A stretch of DNA of 64,000 nucleotides, from positions 96,049 to 160,048 of the forward strand of contig VRVR01000045.1 of assembly GCA_009859145.1 (NCBI GenBank). The letters run 5' to 3'. This DNA is from Andalucia godoyi And28 (lineage: Eukaryota; Protista; Jakobida). The notes beneath the pieces are model-generated. The model was not told the DNA's origin. It searched no databases and saw only the letters and a list, made by a program, of their open reading frames with translations. Position 1 is the stretch's first letter, and every line of letters begins with the position of its first letter. The position numbers were made by a program, and so were the translations under genes. Positions 32,461 through 43,651 of the stretch are shown in pieces.

Positions 32461-33924
32461 CTAGCGGGTGGAGGCGCATTTCTTATGGTCGTGTGTGACG
32501 GCGAGGCCTCTGTAGTGGAGAATGTATGCATTGGAGGCGGCGACCGACAGGTCCTTGACGAGTCTCTGGGGCCCGATCTTGTGAATATGGATGAACTCGA
32601 CGTTGGCCGTCCGGACCATGAACTTCCGGCGCCCGTACTTTGTAGGACAGGCGTCTCTTGGGTACGCCTTGGACACACACTCGGCCTCGGCGCCGGCATC
32701 CGTCTTGGCCGACTGGGCGTGGATGTCCCTGAGCCATGCTTGGGACCCAATGCGTGACCAGGACTGCTCGACACAGACATCGTAGTCCTTGTTCACAGAT
32801 CCGAACGAGACACCGGCATAGCTGCTCTGCTGCGCGAGGGTCGAGTCCAAGTACGAGCCCAGAGAAGAGGCAGACGGCGGCAGAACGAGAAACTCGTCAA
32901 TGTCAAAGTGACCGTAGTAGGTCGCCGAATTTGCAACGCGCAGGAACGCATCGTTGATCACGACGGTCTGGCCAAAGTACCAAGTGTCCGAGTCGTTGCG
33001 TAGCTGCGGGAAATAGTACCACTCAATCCTCGACTCTTCCTTGTGCTGCAGTTGCGTGAGCTGCGACAGGCACTGCGGCTCGGGTGTGATCGAGTAGAAC
33101 ATCAGTCGGTCGATACGCAGCACATCCAGCATGTACGATGTCCACTGCGACACCACTGCGCAGTTGAGCGTCCCAAACGACGATGCAACCGAAACTGCAG
33201 TGGAGATGAGCCCAAACCGCGCGGGTCGCAGAATCCGGACCGGAAACGACCACTTTTCCGGGCCCTCTGCACCCGCAATTACATATTCAAGCTGCACTCC
33301 TCCTCCTGCTCCCCTTGCTCCGGGTCGGGTGATGTTGCTCTCGTCGCTTTCCTCGCTCTTATCGTCGTCGGCGTCGCTGTTGACGCTGTGCAGATGATAA
33401 AGTGGACACCGGATAAACACCGGTTCATGGGGTTTGTCGTGGTGCTCGCCAAATGCCTGCACCGAGCAGCCGGACGACACTTCACGCGCCGTCTCGAGAT
33501 CCGTCACCGTCAAGCCTACTGGACACATCGACTCCACATGCGAGTGCTTGAGCGCCAGTATCCAAAGCATCCGCGAGGTCGTCGCTGTCTCTGTCACTGG
33601 CAGAAGCGGCGGCACTGGTGATGATAATGTTGAGTGGAAGAGTATGGCGCCGTGGAAAAGCATCCACTGGCCATCGTCGGTGACATGCGACTGCACCGAG
33701 TCGGTAAGGACCCTTGCAAAGGCTGCGGACGGCGGATCCCACGCAATCGAATTCCCAAAAGGAACATCCACGTGATCCGAGTCCGAGAAACACGGATGCA
33801 GCAGCACAACGCACAGATCCGTAAGAACAAACACCACCGTAAGCACACTGATCAAAAGCACATTTTCCTCCGCGAAACTCCGAAACTGTCTCCATGTTTC
33901 CCGCTTCGGTCGCGACGAGCCCAT
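32461..33924 (-). CDS. Type II membrane glycosyltransferase, GT92/DUF23-like
   Basis: N-terminal TM anchor, YFGQTVVINDAFLR...YYGHFDIDEFLV (DxD), then GRRKFMV and ILHYR. Confidence 0.75.
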   Translation of the reverse strand: MGSSRPKRETWRQFRSFAEENVLLISVLTVVFVLTDLCVVLLHPCFSDSDHVDVPFGNSIAWDPPSAAFARVLTDSVQSHVTDDGQWMLFHGAILFHSTLSSPVPPLLPVTETATTSRMLWILALKHSHVESMCPVGLTVTDLETAREVSSGCSVQAFGEHHDKPHEPVFIRCPLYHLHSVNSDADDDKSEESDESNITRPGARGAGGGVQLEYVIAGAEGPEKWSFPVRILRPARFGLISTAVSVASSFGTLNCAVVSQWTSYMLDVLRIDRLMFYSITPEPQCLSQLTQLQHKEESRIEWYYFPQLRNDSDTWYFGQTVVINDAFLRVANSATYYGHFDIDEFLVLPPSASSLGSYLDSTLAQQSSYAGVSFGSVNKDYDVCVEQSWSRIGSQAWLRDIHAQSAKTDAGAEAECVSKAYPRDACPTKYGRRKFMVRTANVEFIHIHKIGPQRLVKDLSVAASNAYILHYRGLAVTHDHKKCASTR

Positions 33925-34171
33925 CCCACCAATCGCCCCTCACACAATGACTCTCACAGCGTGTGCGTAAGCCTTCCCAACCTTTTTCTTAAATCAAAAA
34001 CTTAAATTAAAAACAATGACTTTATGTATCGGATAAGAGAACAATAAAAAATGCGAGCGTCTGTGAAAACGTACAAATATGATATGAAAAAAGGCACCTG
34101 CACTACAGTACGTACAATACCTCTGGCACAGTTGATGCTTGATGTTTTTGTTTGTTGCTTGTTGCTCGCCA

Positions 34172-34792
34172 CTACAGTAGCGATGAGGACTCCAGGACTA
34201 CTGCGTTGAGGTGGTGGCAGACGGCTGGGATGTCGAGATGGAGAAAGCACAGCCCTTGGATATTTGCTCCGTGCAACATCTCTTCGTACGAAGCAAGCAG
34301 CAGCTGGTGTTGTGCGTGCTGAAGATCTGGCGACAACCACATGCCAGTGCTCATACTGCTTCCGGCACTGCTGCTGTGACTACTAAAATAGCCGCTGTCT
34401 CCGCTGGCACTACGGCCCATGCACTCCGTGCTGGCAGCACTACGCTGCTCCTGCTCCCGTTCCTGCTCCCGTTCCTGCTCCCGTTCCTGCTCCCGGTTGT
34501 GGTGGTTGTTGTTACTGGATGCGGCTCGGGAACGCAGACAATGATACCGTGCATAGTTCTTCACCTGGACATTGTCCCGCGTCCTGACAACCTCTGCAAT
34601 CGCCTTCCAATTGCCAAACCCGTACTGCCGAACACCTTCGCGAAACCTCTTTGCCTCTTCATACGTCCAAAACTTCTTCTTGATCAACACCACCGGCTCC
34701 GTACAAGAAGACGCAGACACTGCATCGCTGTCGGGCGCACACAACCTCCACGGTAGCCCCGCAAACGTTGTCATCACCATCATCGACTTCAT
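34172..34792 (-). CDS. Single-repeat Myb/SANT domain protein
   Basis: WTYEEAKRFREGVRQYGFGNWKAIAEVVRTRDNVQVKNYAR. Start taken at ATG 34792; the frame is open further upstream. Confidence 0.8.
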   Translation of the reverse strand: MKSMMVMTTFAGLPWRLCAPDSDAVSASSCTEPVVLIKKKFWTYEEAKRFREGVRQYGFGNWKAIAEVVRTRDNVQVKNYARYHCLRSRAASSNNNHHNREQEREQEREQEREQEQRSAASTECMGRSASGDSGYFSSHSSSAGSSMSTGMWLSPDLQHAQHQLLLASYEEMLHGANIQGLCFLHLDIPAVCHHLNAVVLESSSLL

Positions 34793-35272
34793 TCTCCTTT
34801 TTTCAAACAATGATTCATGAAGAAAAAGAAAAACGAAGAAAAGAAAAATGAAGAAAGAAGGAAAAAAAAAGAAACAGTGGAAACGGTAGATATTTTGAAA
34901 CATCAACAGAAGCATAAAAAATAGACACAAAAAAACAGCTTGTTCTGCTGCGACTATTTCCAACGATTCGTGAAGCGCACTGGTGCTTTCCCCCGATTGC
35001 CCACCTATTCTCACCCCATCATGTTGCTGACGATTGGACTTGAATCCGAGCAAACGGTGGCTGGACTGCTCGCATCCATCGCGCATTTTTTGCGCAGCTT
35101 GCACCTGCACCCGAGCCCCATTAGGGTCAACCGCTCCGCTGGGTGCTTCAATGCGTTTCCCTCTTTGCTTCTACCAGCGCACGCCTAAACAAACAAACAA
35201 CGCATATTTAAAACACGAGTCGAAACCGCCCAAAGTGTCTCGACTCTCGAGGCAGCCTCTTCCTATCCTACC

Positions 35273-36052
35273 TCAGTCATCGGCAGGGATGTCGGTTTTG
35301 GTCCACGTATACAAGTATGCGGAGCCTCCGTTGGCGGCGGACTTGGCGAGGGAAATGTCCGAAATGTCAAACCCGCCATGCTGGTAAATGTATGGCTCGA
35401 TAAGGAAAGGGGCGTTTCGGGAAACGACAAGAACGGAAGCGCGGGGCTTCAGCGCATTCCACAGCGCCTGCAAAAGACGGAGGATGGCGGGGTTATCGCC
35501 GTGTTCGGAAAGCCCCGTGGAAAGCATCGCGTCAAGGCAGCCCTTATCGAGAACAAACGCAAGCGAAGCGGAAAATAGCTGGTCCAAATGAGTTGCGTCG
35601 TGCTGAACAAGTCGGATGGCCGCTACTGCTTTTCGGAATGCCGGTTGCGCCAGCAGCCCCGATTTGTGCAGCGAGGCCAGAAACGGCGTGTGCACACCGG
35701 TTGATGTTGGCGATGCCGCCGAAACTACCTCTTGTAACAACCGAAGCTGCTCGATTGGGGCATCGGCAATTTCAACCTTTGTAAACACTGCCTTTTCCAG
35801 CAACTCGGGCGCCCCGCATAGCAAATGCTCCAGCACCAGCGAATTCCCGGCTCCAATCTCGCAAATCTCCGCCTTGCCTGTCGCCCCTCCCAATTCCCGA
35901 ATCGCCTGTGCCACCATCGGATCCAAGCGGCCCACGAGATCCTCCGCTCCCAAGTACCACTCGTACGGCCGTTGCCCTTCACCATCATTTCCCCCATAAA
36001 ATCCATCCCAGTAACCAGCATCACATACTCGATACCCACCGCCACTCTTCAT
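35273..36052 (-). CDS. Class I SAM-dependent methyltransferase, EEF1AKMT4/METTL13-like
   Basis: YWDGFY...YEWY, EIGAGNS, VLDKGCLDAM motifs. Confidence 0.8.
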   Translation of the reverse strand: MKSGGGYRVCDAGYWDGFYGGNDGEGQRPYEWYLGAEDLVGRLDPMVAQAIRELGGATGKAEICEIGAGNSLVLEHLLCGAPELLEKAVFTKVEIADAPIEQLRLLQEVVSAASPTSTGVHTPFLASLHKSGLLAQPAFRKAVAAIRLVQHDATHLDQLFSASLAFVLDKGCLDAMLSTGLSEHGDNPAILRLLQALWNALKPRASVLVVSRNAPFLIEPYIYQHGGFDISDISLAKSAANGGSAYLYTWTKTDIPADD

Positions 36053-36462
36053 CCCCACGTGTACCCTGTATTTTTCTCGCAGATACCAAAAAAAAAACAA
36101 CAAAAAACAAACCCCCCAGCAAAAAATGACAAGACGCCCGAAGCTCACAAGTTCGACTGCTTTGAAAAGACACAGAGGCCCCTCTCACCCCTCTCAACAA
36201 GGAACTGCCTATAAGCCAAACAGTAACATTCATAGTAAAATCATCGAGGAGTTGATGCTAGCTCATTTCCCGAAAGGATTGCCTCAACTCGAATTCCCCG
36301 GACTTTTTCCGGCTATCGTCTTTCTCGTCGAGCGATTTCACTTTTCATTCTTGATTTTTTTGGTTTTTTGATTTTCTAAAACTGTTATTATTGCATTGTT
36401 GATTGTCGTTCACATCAGAAGGGGTTTTGCAGTTCTGCGACGAAAGAGAAAGAAGCAGGAAA

Positions 36463-39096
36463 ATGAGCGAGTACACGGCGGTCATTTCTCCCAGCGGCGC
36501 ATATGTGGCGCTGCCAACTACGACGGCTGCGACGACGAGGAGGAGATACGGAGTGGTGTCGGTGCTCGGCGCGCAGTCGTCTGGGAAGTCTACGCTTCTG
36601 AACCATCTGTTCGGCACAGTGTTCCCGGTAATGGACGCAACCCACGGCCGATCGCAGACGACGCGCGGTGTCTTTTCATCCCTCTACACGACTGCACTAC
36701 GGCCGCTTAGCTGGACTGAGCAGGAAGAAGAGAAGGAGGAAGAAAAGGAGACGGCAGTGGTGGTGGTGCTGGACATGGAGGGAAACGACGGGGTGGAGCG
36801 CATCCGGTCGCATGAAGAAGACATTGAGCAGAAGCTCGCGCTCTTTGGCCTTGTGTTGTCCGACGTCCTTCTCTTGAACGTGTGGTTTCATGACATTGGC
36901 CGGTTCTCTGCATCGGGATACGCTCTGTTGCAACGCGTCTTTTCGCTTCATCTGCAGCTCTTTTCTACCGCATCCGTGTACGCCCAGACGCAGACTAAGA
37001 GCGATGACGACACCGTGGAAAAGCGAGTCATTCTTGTGTGTGTCCGAGATGTCGATGTGCATAGTCTCAGTGAGAAGGGGAGCGAAAGCCTTGCAATGCG
37101 CATCAAGAGCGATATTTTCGAGCTGTGGAGCGTCCTTCCAAAATCACAGTCCGTCATCCAGTATCTCGTATCGTCGTCTCATTCGGCCTCTCAGACCTCC
37201 ATGGGGAGTGTGTTTGACATGCTGTACGAAGTGCGCGTGGTGGGGCTTCCGCATTATGAATTCCAACGCGATCGGTTCCTTTCGATGATGCCCTCCGTCC
37301 GGTCTATTGTCCTCGACTCGTTGTTTTCCGCTTCCTCACTGGTCTCGGCAAAAGCGTCCCACCGTGACAGCGACGGCAACAGCGACAACGACAACGACAA
37401 CGACAGCAGCAATATGAACGAGAGCACGCGGTTGGAAAAGGAAAAGAAGAAAAAGATTCCATGGACGGATCTGAACGAGTATGCGCAGAGTGTGTGGCAG
37501 CGCATCGAGGCGGCAAGGGACGAGGTGTGTGTACCCGCAGTTCGCTATGTGCATTCCCGCACGCGATGTGAGTCCATCGCGCGGGACTTGACCCACTCGT
37601 TTCTGCGTCATCTTCGCCCCGCAACAGCATCAGAGGCAACACCGGCTCCGGGTGTGGTGGCGGCTATGACGGTAGATGAAATGCAAAAGGCAGTCAAGGG
37701 TGTGATGACCGAGTACGCAGCAGACACAGAGTGGTACATCACGTCTGTAGTTGATGAAGTCCGCAAGACGATGCTGGAGCCTGCACTCTGGAAGTGCATC
37801 GTCGAGCAGTGTATTCATCCGGTGCTTATGCGCTTGCAAGCCGACATTGAGCAGGGTGTTGTGACGAGGCTGATGACGACTTCTTCGACAACGATCACCG
37901 GGGTTGCAGCGATTGCTGCCTTTTATGAAAAGGAAGTGGTTGGTGCGATGCAGTTGTGGACGGAGCAGCTCGAGAATGCAGCGAACGAGTGGATCTCCGC
38001 CTACCGACAGGCGATGCACTCCGTCGATCATAATGCAACAGAAAAGCAGGCAAAAAAGGAAGAAGAAGAGAAAGACGAAAAGGAAGACGAAAAGGAAATG
38101 GAAAACGAGGTGAGAGAGCGAGTTCTGGGGCTTAAAAAGGCCGTGAAGAAACGAGTGGTGGAGCATGTGGTGCGGGTCGGTGTGCGGGATGAGCTTGAAG
38201 AGCGGTTCCCGCTGGCGCTGATCGAGGATCCACAGAAGGATTTCTGGGCCCGCATTGATGCATTTGCCTGCGAAACACGCAGCGCTGCTCTTGCTGCGAT
38301 TTCCAAAATTCGCGGCGAGAACTCTCGAGGTCAAGAGCAGGCTGATATGTGCGACGATGATGAGGGAGTGGCTCGCAAAGAAGAGATTGAGCAGATTGTC
38401 ATGAGCAGACTCGAGATTCGTCTGCAGATGTTTATGACTCAGCGCATTGTCCCAATTTTGAAGCAAAAGTTTGACGCTCTCTTCTGGGCATCATCTGCGC
38501 CCTCCCCCTCCCCCTCCTCGTCCAAGAAGCAAAAGAGCCCGAAAAGCACATCGAACCCCGGCAAGCGAGTGTTTGCAAGCCTCGCAGAAGTGCAGGAAGC
38601 GTTTGAAGGAGCGAATACCGAGCTTGATGCGATCCTTACCGCGATCTATCATCCCGACTCGGCGTCCTTGTCGCTCCTCCGCGAGCTGCCGTGTGTCGGT
38701 ACCTCGGGCACGCGAGACGATCGCATGGTCCGAGAGGCGCTGCAAGTGTATGCGGAGCTTGAGCGGTCGGCTGCGCAGCATGTCCTTCAGATGCAGGAAA
38801 TGGCCGCTGCGATGCAGAGCGCACATGCACAGACTGCCTCCTCCATCTTTGCTGTTCCGAGATGGCTCTGGATCGTCCTTTTGATTCTCGGATGGAACGA
38901 GCTCACCGCGCTGCTTTCCTCGCCGTTCTACATGCTGCTTGCAGTCATCTTTGCAGTCACCACCGTCGTTGTCTATCTCGCGAGAAACGTCCCTGGCATC
39001 GACTCCGTCGCTCGATTCGCAGCGGCCCAAATCCTCGGCTCTCCCCAACCTAATCCAAACGCAGTGAAAAAACTTGCACTTGGCAAGAACGACTGA
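36463..39096 (+). CDS. SEY1: Sey1/RHD3 ER-fusion GTPase
   Basis: VSVLGAQSSGKSTLLNHLFGT, QTTRG, DMEGNDG, INVWFHDIGR-like LNVWFHDIGR, C-terminal TM hairpin VPRWLWIVLLILGWNE. Confidence 0.92.
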   Translation: MSEYTAVISPSGAYVALPTTTAATTRRRYGVVSVLGAQSSGKSTLLNHLFGTVFPVMDATHGRSQTTRGVFSSLYTTALRPLSWTEQEEEKEEEKETAVVVVLDMEGNDGVERIRSHEEDIEQKLALFGLVLSDVLLLNVWFHDIGRFSASGYALLQRVFSLHLQLFSTASVYAQTQTKSDDDTVEKRVILVCVRDVDVHSLSEKGSESLAMRIKSDIFELWSVLPKSQSVIQYLVSSSHSASQTSMGSVFDMLYEVRVVGLPHYEFQRDRFLSMMPSVRSIVLDSLFSASSLVSAKASHRDSDGNSDNDNDNDSSNMNESTRLEKEKKKKIPWTDLNEYAQSVWQRIEAARDEVCVPAVRYVHSRTRCESIARDLTHSFLRHLRPATASEATPAPGVVAAMTVDEMQKAVKGVMTEYAADTEWYITSVVDEVRKTMLEPALWKCIVEQCIHPVLMRLQADIEQGVVTRLMTTSSTTITGVAAIAAFYEKEVVGAMQLWTEQLENAANEWISAYRQAMHSVDHNATEKQAKKEEEEKDEKEDEKEMENEVRERVLGLKKAVKKRVVEHVVRVGVRDELEERFPLALIEDPQKDFWARIDAFACETRSAALAAISKIRGENSRGQEQADMCDDDEGVARKEEIEQIVMSRLEIRLQMFMTQRIVPILKQKFDALFWASSAPSPSPSSSKKQKSPKSTSNPGKRVFASLAEVQEAFEGANTELDAILTAIYHPDSASLSLLRELPCVGTSGTRDDRMVREALQVYAELERSAAQHVLQMQEMAAAMQSAHAQTASSIFAVPRWLWIVLLILGWNELTALLSSPFYMLLAVIFAVTTVVVYLARNVPGIDSVARFAAAQILGSPQPNPNAVKKLALGKND

Positions 39097-39183
39097 GCTC
39101 AGTGCAACGGTCTCTTAGAGGGGAGTCGTCATAATGATCATGATCATAATACAAAACTTTACATGCGAGAATACTGTTAAAAA

Positions 39184-39215
<32 letters not shown>

Positions 39216-39298
39216 TGAAGAAGAAAGAAAGGGGACAACGGCGAGACACGCGCTTTCTGGCATCGGGCCATCGGTGGACGGGTGGGCACACTACGGCA

Positions 39299-39760
39299 CT
39301 AGACCTTCTTGACATAGAGGGACTTTGTGAAGTCGTCGAGGTGGGACCATCGCTGGCGAATTTGCTGGATTTCGCGGTCTCGCTGGATCTGTCGGGGATT
39401 AGAAGCGGCGATTGCGGCGGAGCTTGCGGCGATTTCCGCTTGCGACGCAGGAGGCAGATAGGCGCGTCGGGACTCCGAAACGAGCCGGTCGGACTCCACG
39501 AACCCATTCGGGGCGAATTGATGGCCCGGAAAGGAGCCCGTTTCCAACAGCGTCGGGCGCGCCGTCGGGGATTCCTGCAGGCGGCGCTGACCCGCTGCAG
39601 CAATCGTCGCTGCATACGTTGATTCCACCGACGACGAAGAAACAGGAAGCCTCACGTGATGCTCAGGTCGATACTGCGATGAAAACCGCTCTTCACTGAA
39701 ATTCCCTACAAGCGTCGAGCTCGAATACGCATTCTTTCCCGACCGTCCCAAATCACTCAT
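39299..39760 (-). CDS. Small protein with an NWE-like motif; candidate ciliary microtubule inner protein (CFAP107/68/95 type)
   Basis: N-terminal YSSSTLVGNFSEER resembles the YSxxVLIGNWxEER motif. Confidence 0.55.
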   Translation of the reverse strand: MSDLGRSGKNAYSSSTLVGNFSEERFSSQYRPEHHVRLPVSSSSVESTYAATIAAAGQRRLQESPTARPTLLETGSFPGHQFAPNGFVESDRLVSESRRAYLPPASQAEIAASSAAIAASNPRQIQRDREIQQIRQRWSHLDDFTKSLYVKKV

Positions 39761-40031
39761 TCGCTACTCGTCAACCGTCTTTTGCAGTTTCCTATCCTAT
39801 GCATTAAAAAAAAAACAAGAAGAAGAAGAAGAAGAAGAAAACACACTCAAAGACGCATTCAAAAAAATAATAAAAATAATTATAAATAAAAAAAATAAAA
39901 AACCAAGAGTGCCCAAAGGGTCGTTGGAATCAAACCGTAGCATCAAGCATCACTTCAACCGATGTCTTGTCTACTGGTTTCTCGTTTCCTTTCCCATTCC
40001 TTTTACGCACTCCATGCTTTGCTTTCCCCAG

Positions 40032-40068
<37 letters not shown>

Positions 40069-40215
40069 AACGCACGCGGACAACGACGACGACGACACAG
40101 TAGAATCAAAAAGAAATCGGGGGGGTCTCGTCTCGGAATATATCCATCCATCCATCCATCCAACCATCCATCTTCACACAGCGAGCAGCCATTGTTCTAC
40201 AGCAGGGGGCGAGGA

Positions 40216-40995
40216 ATGTCGACTGTAGGGACGCCAAGTTACCGATCGAGCGTGGTGGAATCCCGCTCGGTGTCGCGGAGTCCGCAATTGGTGCACCGGC
40301 CGGGTTTGGAGCCGAAACTGTCGAGTGGGCGCACGTCGCCGGTGTCTCCGATGCCACCTGCCATATCGGGAGATTCGCTTCGGTTTTCTCCGTGGGCGCG
40401 GCCGGTTCCTCAGGCCTCAGGTGGGCTGTTCCCGCCAGGATCTCCTGAAAACGGGACGTTGATGTACGCGACATCAAAGTCAGCAGCGTCAGCGACTCCG
40501 CACTCCCCAATCCAGTCCGACGGGTCACGAATCACACGCGTGACGCGGAATGTAGGGCCGTCTGAATTGGGAGTTTCCGACCTGTCAACCACATCATTGC
40601 CGCCGCAACAGGTCGCTTGGTCCACGTCCCCCACCCCGTCGGCCATGTCCAACTTGTCGATGCTGCGGGATCCGTCGCAGGACACGTATGCCCATTTGTC
40701 GGCCACTGCCCGATCGGTGCTGCAGGAATCCGAGGCCGAGCGGGATACGTATCGAGCACTGTGCGAGCTTCCAGGTTCTACCGAGTTCCAGGCTCTTGTC
40801 GCAAAAGCCTTTTCCGACCCCGCCCGGTCCGCCCAGGTCGCCGAAGAGTTCTACAAACAGCGGGAAATTGCCTATTTTAGAGACCTTGACGCCGCACGAG
40901 CTGCACAGCTCGACGATCTCAAGGCCGAAAAGGAACGCATGGCCACCGAGCTTGCCCAAATGGCATCCGCTGCCGATTCTGATTCCGGATTTTGA
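40216..40995 (+). CDS. Hypothetical Ser/Pro-rich protein with a C-terminal coiled coil
   Basis: ATG at 40216; low-complexity N-terminus, helical charged C-terminus. Confidence 0.65.
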   Translation: MSTVGTPSYRSSVVESRSVSRSPQLVHRPGLEPKLSSGRTSPVSPMPPAISGDSLRFSPWARPVPQASGGLFPPGSPENGTLMYATSKSAASATPHSPIQSDGSRITRVTRNVGPSELGVSDLSTTSLPPQQVAWSTSPTPSAMSNLSMLRDPSQDTYAHLSATARSVLQESEAERDTYRALCELPGSTEFQALVAKAFSDPARSAQVAEEFYKQREIAYFRDLDAARAAQLDDLKAEKERMATELAQMASAADSDSGF

Positions 40996-41142
40996 ATTTC
41001 TGATTTCCGAACTTCGTCCAAACTCGGTCAAACTCGTCCAAAAAAAGAAGTACATTCCCCCGCCTGCTGGATTGCAACGTATCCTATACATGGGTATTCA
41101 TTTTCTGTATGATAAATATATACATAGAAATAATAATAATAA

Positions 41143-42988
41143 TTACAAACTCTTTGCATACGCGGATGCGAGCCCCAGAGCGTCCGACCTGTCCCTGAGA
41201 AACCCCGTGTCTCCGTCCGCGTACACGGTCATAACAACGAGTCTTTTCGCATCTTCTTCCTCTTCCTTCTCTCTATCTCCGTTCTTCCCTTCATCTGCCT
41301 TTCTCGTGTTCTCATTTTCCAAAGACTGTTCTGGCTCTGCTTTTCTGGAATGCGTTTCGAACCCGGACGCGATCCTCGATGGCTCTTCTCGGGATGCGCA
41401 CGCAGGCCCGCGAGGTCATTCTCAGAAACAGATCTTCCTGATGTTCGACGCCGTCGCCGTCGGTGTGGGTGTGGATGTGCGGGAGCTTGGCTCTGGCGAC
41501 GACCACTGCACCGATTCCGAGATAGACTGCAAGGACTGCTAGACAGACGCCCTGGGTCGCGGTCGGCGGCGGGAAAAACTGGGCGACGATGTATCCTGTT
41601 CCCGTAACGATGCTTGCGACCGGCAGCCAGAGATGCTTTCGGCGGTTGTAGTTTCCGGGATGTTTGGTCATGATGAACCGGTAGATCGATGCATTGGGCG
41701 CGAGGTAGATGAGCAGGAGACCAATGCTTGCGGACTCTGTCACGAGATTGAATGCGCCCCAGCAGCCGTCTGTCGTCATGACGAGTGCCGAGCCTTGCGA
41801 CGTGGACGCAGAGGACACGTACAGCAGTCCGAGAACAATCGACAGACAGACATAGAAGGCCTCGAGCCAAAGAATCGCGCGCATAGGGACTCTTGCAGAC
41901 TCGCCCTTTTTAAGCGGAGGGACTGTTTGGGGCAAAGTACCGAAGACCGAACATGCGGGCCTCGCCAAGCGACTGGAACATGGAAAAGTTGAAGGAGTGC
42001 TGGGCCAGCGCGAGCGTGAAGCTGGCTGTGATCCCGCCAACGTCGACGATGGCTGCGAACCACGCCCCCGACGAATTTGCGAGCATAGTAGTCCACAGGC
42101 GATGAGACGTTGATGAGATTGGTAGCATCTGGGGGACCGATGGTGCATGCAAAGGCATAGGCGCCAAGACAGAGGAAGATCTGGACCGAGTAGACGGAGC
42201 CGACGACTGCACGCCCAATGACTTTTGCAGGATCCTGTGCGTTCTGGCCGAGTGCCGTGGCGGAGTCGAATCCCTGGAACAGCATCACCCCAAAAGACAA
42301 GCGACTGTGCGAACCGTGGAAATCCGTTTGGCGAGTCTCGTGAGTTAAACCACGGTGCGTATGGCGTGCCTTTTGCGATGAATGCGACGCAGGTGGCGAG
42401 CACCACGGTCATTGCGAATGAGAACAGCACCAGGCATGCCCATAGCGACTGGGTGACGCCGCGCAGTGCAAGAACGCATGTGATGATGCCGGCCAGCACC
42501 ACGGTAACAGGCCACGGGAACGCAAACCCCGACGACCGTTCGAGGATGTCCGAGATCCAGCCGGCGACCTACAGCAGCGCCTGGACCGCAATCAGTGCAT
42601 ACGAGAACATCATGATCCATGCCGTGAACTGCCCTGCGCGGCGGCCCAGATCCAGACTCACGCATGCCTGGAGCGACCCGGACGTCTGCACGTAGCATGC
42701 AGACTCGGCGACAGCCTGCGCAAGCGACCCGCCAAACACACCGGAAGCCAGAACCGCATACACACACTGCACAGGCATCCACCATCATCACCGGGAGAAT
42801 GAAGAAGATCACGGACGTCGGTGCAATGTTTGCTGCAGACAGCACTGTCGCAACACAGCCATTTTGCAAGCTTGCGCTGAATGTCCGTCGTCAGGTTGTG
42901 GCGGAAATGTCACACGTCTTGCGTAACGTGGCAGCGGGTCACGTGCATTGGCATCGCGTGGCAACAGAAAAAACCAACAATAACACAT
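41143..42988 (-). pseudogene. APC-superfamily amino-acid permease with multiple frameshifts and an in-frame TAG
   Basis: APC-like segments in successive frames: IQRKL; SGSLQACVSLDLGRRAGQFTAW; FQGFDSATALGQNAQDPAKVIGRAV; FAAIVDVGGI; RVPMRAILWL. TAG at 42571-42569. Both ends are approximate. Confidence 0.8.
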
Positions 42989-43324
42989 TAAATAGTGTCC
43001 GGGAAATTAGCGTCTGAACAACTTGGTTAAGCGAACAAAATGCGGATTCTCATTTGGTTTGCTCGTTGTCGCCTTTGTAAGTAACGGAAAGCAGTACGTC
43101 ATACGAGGGGAAGTATGTACTCTCTTACTTATTTTTTTTTTCTTTTTTTTCTTTTTAGATTGAAAAAGCCGGGGCACGGGGTGTGGTAAGCTATACAGTA
43201 GTAGTCGTCGTAGTCGTGGTATGTAGTTCTGCGTAGCAGTATGCAGTTCGAAACAAGGGAACTGAGGGGGAGAACAGGACGAATGCAAGGGGACGGGGGC
43301 GTGATACAAAGGTGCGGAACAGAA

Positions 43325-43651
43325 CTATCGCTTTCCTTCGAATGGAAAAGGCTTTAGTCTGGCCTTCTCTACGCATTCGTCGAGTGATTCTATATCATAC
43401 ACGACTCGAATGAGCAGCGAGCACGAAGGACACGTTGCGACTTCTTCGCCATCTCTCAAATCATCCTACACACCAATCAAGTCAAGTCGAGTCACGTTAG
43501 AAAACAAAAACAAAAACAAAAACGAAGAGCGAAAAGAAAGACATACGAGTGCAATTTGGAAAAGATCACCACATGGACAAGGATAGTAGAAACTGTCGTT
43601 TGCAGGATTGAAGTGCATGTCTTCAATTTCAATCTCGTCGTAATAACTCAT
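43325..43651 (-). CDS. DPH3: Diphthamide biosynthesis protein 3 (CSL zinc finger); exons 43651-43547 and 43465-43325
   Basis: Spliced product [12 protein letters not shown]...[13 protein letters not shown]|[23 protein letters not shown] (81 aa). Confidence 0.95.
43466..43546 (-). other. Spliceosomal intron, 81 nt
   Basis: GTATGT...TTCTAAC...TAG; removal restores the DPH3 frame. Confidence 0.93.

Noticed and set aside
42569-42571. TAG reassignment (alternative genetic code) as the explanation for the in-frame stop
   Set aside because: TAG terminates well-conserved genes in this window (DPH3, MRPL28, HACD), and the same gene also carries frameshifts.
43114-43158. Plus-strand GTATGT...polypyrimidine...TAG intron-like segment
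   Set aside because: No CTAAY branch and no ATG-initiated flanking ORF; it cannot be tied to a gene.
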